DNA of 64,000 nt, from contig JACQPB010000034.1 of the NCBI GenBank assembly GCA_016202305.1, positions 27,262-91,261 on the forward strand, given 5' to 3'. This document shows, one piece after another, positions 57,544 to 64,000 of this stretch. Below the pieces are notes generated by a model. The model was given only the letters and a program-made list of their open reading frames with translations, did no database searches and was not told the origin of the DNA. The position numbers were made by a program, and so were the translations under genes. The stretch comes from Candidatus Iainarchaeum sp. Lineage in GTDB: Archaea; Iainarchaeota; Iainarchaeia; Iainarchaeales; Iainarchaeaceae. The number at the start of each line of letters is the position of its first letter. Within the stretch, counting starts at the first letter, position 1.

Positions 57544-58923
57544 CTAATACCCGAGGAACTCTTCCTCGCCTTTCAGATACCCTGTCAGGAACTGCCTGAA
57601 CCCGGCATTTTTCCTGTAAAGTGCGATTATCTCATTTTCATGCATTATTTTTGCGCGCTTGTTCAGCGCCTTCCTGATGCCCCCTTTCTCCTCGGTCTTC
57701 AGTTTTTTGAGGGCGTCCTTTATGAACGGTTCCACGTGCGTATACTTCCTTTCGACCTCAAGGACCCATCTGCTGTTCTCTATGCGCGGCCCGGATAACG
57801 GGTTCGGGTGCGCCCGGAGGAATGCTTCAGAGTTCATTCGGTCAGTGGCTTCGGGGCCGCGGAGAATCTTCGCTTTCTGCAGTTGCGTGGACTCCACTTC
57901 AAGCAAGATGAACATGTGCCTTGCGTGCTCGAGCCACTCTGCTGAGCGCTTGACCGCGAACCCCTGTGCTTCGCACATGGCCGCCATTTTTCTTCCCACT
58001 CTCCTCAGCTGGCCCCACATGATGTCTTCCACAATGCCTTTTGGGTAGCCAGTCGCTATGGCGACGAGTTCGGTCTTCCTGAGGAACCGCTTCAGTTTTT
58101 CCACGCTCCATGCCCTATGGGGTTTCGGGAAAAAGAAATTCATTGAAGGCTTTTGCAGGAATGCCCTTGCGGCGGCGATGAACCGCGCATACTGGTTCTG
58201 CGAAAGCGCGGCCGCTACATTCCTGTTTCTATCCACAGGGTCGATGACCACGAAATGCGAGCCGAATTTCCCGCGTGCCTCTTCAGCGCCCAAATGGCCT
58301 TCTACATCTACCACTTCGCCGGGTTTCCATCCGGAAGCTGCTTTGAGGGTGTTGGCGAAACTGCCGTATTTCAGCACGAGTATTTCTGCAACATACCCCG
58401 GGAAGCTGTTCGTGCTCAGGTCGGCGCCGTAGCACTTTACCCCCTTCATGAACTGCTTGAGGAGCCTGATTTCCCTCTCGTGCCCGGGCTTCATTTCGCG
58501 CAAAAGGTACTTGTTGTGGAACGCGCTCCTGTCCACTGCGCTTTTCAGGTTTTCCGCAGACGCTACGTCGTAAGCAGGCACTATTTCAACCTCAAAGCCG
58601 TTTATTTTTCCCCGTATATAGGGGTGCTCCGAATATGCCTTTTCCCATTTGTGGCCGCGGAACACTGACATGGCTGTGTGCAGCCCTTCTTTTTCGAATT
58701 CCTCGCGCGAGAGATTCTCCGGGAAGAAAACGAAGATGTCGAGGTCGTTGTCGCCGCGAAGATGCGTGTTGCGCGCCATGCTGCCAACAAGCTCAGCTCT
58801 CAGGTGCTTGCCTCGCACACTGCCTATCGCGCCGATTATTTTTTCGGCGAACTTTTTTTCGCGCACGATTTCTTCTCTTGTGGGCGTTATTTTCCAAATG
58901 ACCTTGTCTAGTATTTTTTCCAT
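57544..58923 (-). CDS. cca: CCA-adding tRNA nucleotidyltransferase (archaeal class I)
   Basis: GSMARNTHLRGDNDLDIFVFFP nucleotidyltransferase motif; 459 aa. Confidence 0.85.
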   Translation of the reverse strand: MEKILDKVIWKITPTREEIVREKKFAEKIIGAIGSVRGKHLRAELVGSMARNTHLRGDNDLDIFVFFPENLSREEFEKEGLHTAMSVFRGHKWEKAYSEHPYIRGKINGFEVEIVPAYDVASAENLKSAVDRSAFHNKYLLREMKPGHEREIRLLKQFMKGVKCYGADLSTNSFPGYVAEILVLKYGSFANTLKAASGWKPGEVVDVEGHLGAEEARGKFGSHFVVIDPVDRNRNVAAALSQNQYARFIAAARAFLQKPSMNFFFPKPHRAWSVEKLKRFLRKTELVAIATGYPKGIVEDIMWGQLRRVGRKMAAMCEAQGFAVKRSAEWLEHARHMFILLEVESTQLQKAKILRGPEATDRMNSEAFLRAHPNPLSGPRIENSRWVLEVERKYTHVEPFIKDALKKLKTEEKGGIRKALNKRAKIMHENEIIALYRKNAGFRQFLTGYLKGEEEFLGY

Positions 58924-58986
58924 TTTTCCGCCTGGATTGCCATTGTTTATATACTCTTGAATTCAATATAAAATAACCTTGTTTGG

Positions 58987-60564
58987 GTGTTCAGGATGGG
59001 TGATTTTTTCCCAGAGAAAAAAGGCAGGCTGGTAGATTCATACGCTAGGGTTTCCATATATGAGGGGTTCCCGTTTTTCTACTATGAGGTTTCAGGCCAT
59101 GCATTCTCGGCGGAGGAAGCGGCGGTTTACGATGCCCTCGTTTCGATAATTTCCGGCAGGATGGGCTTTGATGAGGCGCAGGGCTCTAAGGGCAAGTCTC
59201 TCCCGAAGGCGTTTGTGGAGGGTTTCAGGGAGAAAATACTGAAGCCAATCACTTATGGCCAGGCGCTGGAATTCATACTGCCATCCGAGGATTACTCGGC
59301 CATTTCTTCATCGTTTCTTGCGCTTGTGTCGGAGCACCTGCATTTCGTGAAGAATCCCGCGCTTCTCGCGGAGCTGGTTTTCGGGGATTCGATAGGGTAC
59401 GGCAAAATATCCGCGTTGATGCTTGACGAGAATCTCGAGGAAATAATGGTCAACGGTTATGAAAGGGACATATTCATCTACCATCGCAAGTACGGCCACT
59501 GCAAGACGAACCTCAGGTTTTTGTCACGCAAGGACCTGGATTCCCTGGTGCAGAAAATCGCGAGGACGGTTGGCAAGAAGCTCGACGCCGACTCGCCTCT
59601 GCTCGATGCGCGCCTTCCCGACGGCAACCGTGCAAACGCCACTTATACTTTCGTGACTCCATTCGGTCCGAGCCTCACTATACGGAAATTCACCGGCGTG
59701 CCATTGAGCATAGTGGACCTCATATCCAACAACACGCTTTCCAGCGAAGTTGCGGCATTTCTCTGGGTGATGGTGGAGGGTTTGGGCGTCGAGCCCATGA
59801 ACATCATAGTCACTGGGGGTTCCAGCTCCGGGAAGACAACTACCCTTAATGCCCTCGCATCCTTCATACGTTTTCCGGAGCGCATAGTTTCCATAGAGGA
59901 CACTCTTGAGCTTCAGCTCCGCGGGCGCGAGAACTGGGTGCAGATGGAGGCAAGACCGAGGATAGGCGTGCAGGAAGGCGTGTATATGGATGACCTGCTC
60001 AGGAACGCCATGAGGATGAGGCCTGACAGGCTAATAGTGGGGGAGGTGCGCGGTTCCGAGGCTCAGGTGATGTTTGTCGCAATGGATACCGGCCATAAAG
60101 GGTGTCTTGGGACTCTGCATGGCAACTCCGCGAAAGAGATGCTGCTTCGCCTGAAGTCCGAGCCCATGTCCGTGCCGGAGCCGCTGCTCTCTCTCCTTAA
60201 TCTCGTGGTCGTCCAGTCCCGCCTCAGGATAAACGGCAAGGGCATCGTCAGGCGCGTCATTTCAGTGACCGAGGTAAGCTCCATGGAAAGCAGGCCGTTG
60301 TTAAGCAATGCCTACGAGTGGAATGGGAAAGAGGATGCGCTTTCAAGGACCAGTGTGCCAATAGCCCTGCTTGACCTGCTTTCCCAGAAGACGCTCCGCA
60401 CGAAAAAGGAAATAGAGCAGGAAATCGGCGTGAGAAGGCGCGTATTGGAATGGATGCTCAGGAATGGCCTTACTGCACAGCCTGAAGTGGAGCTCCTGAT
60501 TCAGCAGTATTATTACAATCCCGACGAAATACTTGCAAAAGTCCTCTCAGACACCACTTCATAG
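58987..60564 (+). CDS. type II/IV secretion-system ATPase (FlaI/VirB11/GspE family)
   Basis: Walker A VTGGSSSGKTTT, an Asp box, Walker B/His box (GEVRGSEA, TLHGNS) and an N-terminal FlaI-like domain. Confidence 0.75.
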   Translation: MFRMGDFFPEKKGRLVDSYARVSIYEGFPFFYYEVSGHAFSAEEAAVYDALVSIISGRMGFDEAQGSKGKSLPKAFVEGFREKILKPITYGQALEFILPSEDYSAISSSFLALVSEHLHFVKNPALLAELVFGDSIGYGKISALMLDENLEEIMVNGYERDIFIYHRKYGHCKTNLRFLSRKDLDSLVQKIARTVGKKLDADSPLLDARLPDGNRANATYTFVTPFGPSLTIRKFTGVPLSIVDLISNNTLSSEVAAFLWVMVEGLGVEPMNIIVTGGSSSGKTTTLNALASFIRFPERIVSIEDTLELQLRGRENWVQMEARPRIGVQEGVYMDDLLRNAMRMRPDRLIVGEVRGSEAQVMFVAMDTGHKGCLGTLHGNSAKEMLLRLKSEPMSVPEPLLSLLNLVVVQSRLRINGKGIVRRVISVTEVSSMESRPLLSNAYEWNGKEDALSRTSVPIALLDLLSQKTLRTKKEIEQEIGVRRRVLEWMLRNGLTAQPEVELLIQQYYYNPDEILAKVLSDTTS

Positions 60565-61106
60565 TGCGGTCCTGAACGGGAAAGCTCAGAGGCCATGAGG
60601 CAAACAGAGTTTGCGGGGAACTCGGCTGAAAAATTCGTTTTGGAAAGCTTTTCAGTAATTTCCTTGGCCTCCTCGAATGAAGCATTTCTGTTCCTGGCGA
60701 GCGTTATGTGGGCGTGGAAATCAGGATTAACGATGCCTAATCCGCGTGATACGATTCCTGCAATTTTGCCGAGTTCTTCGGCTCCTTCGGTTATGCCGAG
60801 CCACAGCACATTCTTCCCGAAGCTTCCTATTCCGGTGCAACAAACAGTGAATTGGGCAACATCCTGAAGTTCCGCTTTTTCAAATCCGGCCTTTAGATTT
60901 TCCGCGTCTTCCGGAAGCACTTCCCCGATGAAGCAAATGGTTATGTGGAGATTTTCCTTTTCCACGTGCTTGAATGCTTCTTCCGGTACCAGTGCAACCA
61001 GTTTTCTGCTTATATTTGTTTTCACTTCCTCCGGCAGCCGAACCGCAACAAACAGCCTCATCATTTCACCGAAGCGTCTTCCTGAATTCACTTTCAAGCC
61101 TTTCAA
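60513..61106 (-). CDS. thpR: 2H-phosphoesterase (RNA 2',3'-cyclic phosphodiesterase ThpR / LigT)
   Basis: Two H-x-T-x motifs (HITICF and HITLAR); 197 aa. Confidence 0.7.
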   Translation of the reverse strand: MKGLKVNSGRRFGEMMRLFVAVRLPEEVKTNISRKLVALVPEEAFKHVEKENLHITICFIGEVLPEDAENLKAGFEKAELQDVAQFTVCCTGIGSFGKNVLWLGITEGAEELGKIAGIVSRGLGIVNPDFHAHITLARNRNASFEEAKEITEKLSKTNFSAEFPANSVCLMASELSRSGPHYEVVSERTFASISSGL

Positions 61107-61680
61107 GCCGTGAGTAGTTCTTCGCCAGCATCCTGTTGGCCATTGGAAATATCGAATCTATGTAGTCCTCCCCGACCATCGCACGGCCGGAGATTTTCAC
61201 CCGGAAGCTCATTCTCTCGGTTCCCTGGAGCTCTATAAGGAATTTTTCCTTTTCTGCGACAATTATCCCGCCGCGTTTCACTCCGGCATTCTTCATTGCA
61301 CCCAGTACCTTGACGGAATCCCGGAGGTTTGCGCATCCTATATGGAGTATGAACGGCTCAAGCTTGAACCATAGTTCGCCACGGGTATTCTCCCTGAGGC
61401 CTTCCAATAGCTCTTCCAGGGACACTTCCCTGTGCCACTTCCTGTGGAAAAGATTGTCCTTTTTCCTATCGCCGCGCTTCTCAAGGAGCATTATGCGGCC
61501 GCTGCAGCAACTGGACGTATAGTATCCTTTCGTCCCGGAGATGAACCTGCACAGGCTCTCCATCTGCTCGTCCACTTTCCCTTGCGAGAGGGCGGTTTCA
61601 AATGTTTTCCCGTGCCTCTCTTTTATCATGGAAAACCGAGATTTAGCCAATTTTTGCATAATAAGGTATCCTCCCCCCAT
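61066..61680 (-). CDS. taw3: tRNA wybutosine-synthesis protein Taw3 (TYW3 family)
   Basis: SSCCSGRIMLLE motif in a ~200-aa protein. Overlaps the thpR start. Confidence 0.6.
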   Translation of the reverse strand: MGGGYLIMQKLAKSRFSMIKERHGKTFETALSQGKVDEQMESLCRFISGTKGYYTSSCCSGRIMLLEKRGDRKKDNLFHRKWHREVSLEELLEGLRENTRGELWFKLEPFILHIGCANLRDSVKVLGAMKNAGVKRGGIIVAEKEKFLIELQGTERMSFRVKISGRAMVGEDYIDSIFPMANRMLAKNYSRLERLESEFRKTLR

Positions 61681-61765
61681 GTACGCCTATTACCAATTAA
61701 GGCCCTTAAAGGCAGTTTAACCGACTATTTTTTTATCCTTCTGCTGCCCCATTCTTTACAGTGTT

Positions 61766-62560
61766 GTGATGAAGGGTCTTGGGCTTTCTGCAGTGTTCAT
61801 TGTCATGCTTTCATCGGCAGGGTTTGGTGTTGTCAGCATGAGCTATCCTTCTCATGTCCAGGTTGCTGGCGGCTCCGGCATTGAAGCAGGCTTTGTGTCT
61901 CCGGGCCAGTCGTTTCCTGTCGCGTTTTCGGATAATGCGGGCAATGGGCAGACCTGGGATTCACTTTCCATTTCCGGGCTTCCAAGTGGTTGGCAGCTGG
62001 TTTCGAACGAAAAGACAGACGCATCCCTTTCCGCGACAATAAAGGTGCCTGATTTTGAGAAGCATGGAAGGTATTCGTTCAAGGCAGCCCTTGCAGGCGG
62101 CGCTGGTGTTTCTGAGCAGGTAGGCGTTTCTATCGAGGTGAAGCGTAACCTCATTGAAGTGTCATTCGTAAAGAAGTCCGCTGACGAGTTCTACCTTGTC
62201 GGCGGCAAAATAATTTATACCGCCACGATAAGCAACTCTTCAATAGCGCCTGCCAGTGTCAGGCTGTCGTCAACCCTTCCCGGAAACTGGTACCGCGAGA
62301 AATCTGTTACGGTGGGCCCGCAGAGCACGCAGGACATAAACCTTGTCGTGACGCCGCAGACTTCCGGGAGAAAAGAGTTCTTTTTTCAGGGATTCGCCGG
62401 GCAGAAAGGCGACATCGTGAAGACTTTTTCATCAGAAGTTGATGTGAAGCCGACATTCAGGGGAGAACTCGGCTCACCGAATTCTGGTTTCCCGTTCTTC
62501 ACGTTTTCCATGCTGCCTTTCCAGCTATTCAATTCTTTCCTCGGGATTTTATTCCAATGA
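61766..62560 (+). CDS. secreted cell-surface protein with C-terminal TM anchor
   Basis: Signal peptide, a beta-rich region predicted from S/T/G/V content, and a C-terminal hydrophobic helix. Confidence 0.4.
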   Translation: MMKGLGLSAVFIVMLSSAGFGVVSMSYPSHVQVAGGSGIEAGFVSPGQSFPVAFSDNAGNGQTWDSLSISGLPSGWQLVSNEKTDASLSATIKVPDFEKHGRYSFKAALAGGAGVSEQVGVSIEVKRNLIEVSFVKKSADEFYLVGGKIIYTATISNSSIAPASVRLSSTLPGNWYREKSVTVGPQSTQDINLVVTPQTSGRKEFFFQGFAGQKGDIVKTFSSEVDVKPTFRGELGSPNSGFPFFTFSMLPFQLFNSFLGILFQ

Positions 62561-62575
62561 ATTTTTCTACATTTT

Positions 62576-64000
62576 TCACAATTCCTTTGCCATATATGCG
62601 CCTTCGCGTGAGTATGCGTGCTTTCTCCTGTAATATTCCCGTGCGCCTACCCCGCTGGTCACCAGCATCTTGTCCGCTCCGAACCTTTCCTTTGCTATTT
62701 CCTCGGCGCGGCTCAGGAGCCTGTGCCCGAAGCCCCGGTGCTGCTGGCTGGTGTCTTTCTTCTCTCCGAGGCCGAGTTGCGCTCCGAAGACGTGAAGCTC
62801 CCTTATGCATGAAGTGCTCCCAGTGAATTCCTTCCTGAAGGGCGCATGCGGCATCCGAAGCCTGCAGAATCCTAGCAGGAGGTCATTCGTCATGTCCTCA
62901 AAAGATATGAAAACCTCCTTCCCTTTGCTTGCAGTGTATTCCCTTTCCACGAGGCTGATATTGGAATAATCTATGCTCGCGCCTTTCCCTGTGTTGATTC
63001 CTGATTCCCTGCACCGGATGCACCTGCACCTGGCTCCTTTTTCTTCGCATTTCTGCTCCACAAGCTGCCTGAGGTTGTTCTTGTCTATGCCTCCGAGAGC
63101 AAGCTTCACCGGTATATCACGCTGCACTCTGTGCACTCTTGTCCATTCCGGGAAAAAACGCTTCGCTTCCGCTATTATTTCCGCGGCCTCCGCGGTGCTC
63201 AGCGGGCTGAATTTTCCCTGCTCATAGATTTTTGCAAGCGCAGTTCCAGGCATCACCATGCAGGGGTATATCTTCAGCCCGTCAGGCCTGAAGTCATCGT
63301 TCCCGAAAGCCTCGCGGAACATTTCAATGTCTTTACTGTGTGAGCTCATCGGCTGTCCGGGCATCATGTGGTACGTCACTTTCAGGCCAGAATCCTTCAG
63401 CAGCCTTGTTGCTTCAATGGTGTCATCGAGTGTATGGCCGCGATGGGTGAAGGCGAGCACCTCGTCGTAAAGGCTTTGTGCGCCGAGTTCCACGCGCGTA
63501 GCGCCGAGGTGCAGCATTTCATTTATGTGCGGTTCCTTGCACCAGTCGGGTTTCGTCTCTATGCACATTGTCACAATCCTGATTCGCGCTTCTTCGTTCC
63601 GTGCCTGTTCTCTCTCAAGGTTTCCGTGCGGTGTCTGCGGTGCGGGGTGAGGTTCCTTGCTTCCTCTTTCCGCTCGGGCATAGAATTTGTGGGGCATGGA
63701 CATTCCGTGCTCGAAGAACTTTTCCGGGAAATCGTTTGCCGCCCTGAAAGCCCCTTCTATGAACTCTTCCTGGTATTGCCTCGGGGTGGCGGGAAATGTT
63801 CCGCCCATTATTATGAGCTCAATTTTCTCCGGGTTGTGGGCGGTGGCATAGTATTGCTCAATCCTGCTGATTGTCTGCGCATACGGGTCATAATTGTTGC
63901 TTATGCCCCGCATCGTGGCCGGTTCATGCCCGGTATACGACTGTGGCACATTGCCAAAAGGGCTTCCGGGGCCGCCGGGGCAATATATGCATGTCCCGTG
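62576..64000 (-). CDS. elp3: tRNA uridine(34) acetyltransferase Elp3 (radical SAM + GNAT), N-terminus beyond window end
   Basis: The frame continues past 63949 as ...HGTCIYCPGGPGSPFGNVPQSY..., a radical-SAM Cys-cluster region. A C-terminal GNAT domain (QHRGFGHRLL) is present. The ORF-track M at 63949 is an internal GTG. Confidence 0.85.
   Translation of the reverse strand, partial: HGTCIYCPGGPGSPFGNVPQSYTGHEPATMRGISNNYDPYAQTISRIEQYYATAHNPEKIELIIMGGTFPATPRQYQEEFIEGAFRAANDFPEKFFEHGMSMPHKFYARAERGSKEPHPAPQTPHGNLEREQARNEEARIRIVTMCIETKPDWCKEPHINEMLHLGATRVELGAQSLYDEVLAFTHRGHTLDDTIEATRLLKDSGLKVTYHMMPGQPMSSHSKDIEMFREAFGNDDFRPDGLKIYPCMVMPGTALAKIYEQGKFSPLSTAEAAEIIAEAKRFFPEWTRVHRVQRDIPVKLALGGIDKNNLRQLVEQKCEEKGARCRCIRCRESGINTGKGASIDYSNISLVEREYTASKGKEVFISFEDMTNDLLLGFCRLRMPHAPFRKEFTGSTSCIRELHVFGAQLGLGEKKDTSQQHRGFGHRLLSRAEEIAKERFGADKMLVTSGVGAREYYRRKHAYSREGAYMAKEL

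Noticed and set aside
1-64000. Search for rRNA genes, CRISPR arrays, transposases or integrases
   Set aside because: Nothing found. There are no long non-coding stretches with rRNA-like conservation, no regular repeat-spacer arrays, and no DDE/tyrosine-recombinase-like ORFs. The AT-rich islets therefore lack an obvious mobility gene.

Overview
This is an archaeal chromosomal segment of about 55% GC. A DPANN-like or other small-genome archaeon is plausible, judging from short informational proteins such as a 683-aa Rad50 and from r-proteins carrying Lys-rich tails. The window is dense with housekeeping genes on both strands: SufCB Fe-S assembly, a thiol-redox module (2 DsbA-like, Grx, TrxR), Pus10, RadA, RPA, GGGP synthase, RibD, SRP54, FtsY, and the conserved FtsY–PfdA–LX–eIF6–L31e–L39e–COG2118–S19e array. 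Further housekeeping genes are Rpp21, Tmk, HtpX, LemA, DnaG, Hjc, Pth2, AlaX, NurA and HerA, Rad50, aEF1b, Rpo6, S17e, CCA-adding enzyme, LigT, Taw3 and Elp3 (cut by the window end). There are four tRNAs: Gly-TCC, Gly-GCC with a 66-nt intron, Val-TAC and Arg-TCG. Several AT-rich islets interrupt this backbone. They carry three VapBC-like toxin–antitoxin pairs, a lone HEPN protein, an Arch_ATPase-type protein, a secreted HExxH lipoprotein, a frameshifted asparaginase, and R/K-rich orphan proteins around a cyclase gene. The most unusual locus is a 1253-aa, highly repetitive, C-terminally membrane-anchored coiled-coil protein. It appears to be co-transcribed with a membrane protein and a circularly permuted GTPase. 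Also notable are a NurA–HerA pair split by an inserted VapBC module plus a zinc-ribbon gene, and scattered type-IV-pilus-like parts (a LamG pilin-like adhesin, a prepilin peptidase, a standalone FlaI/VirB11-like ATPase). No CRISPR array, rRNA gene or transposase was seen.
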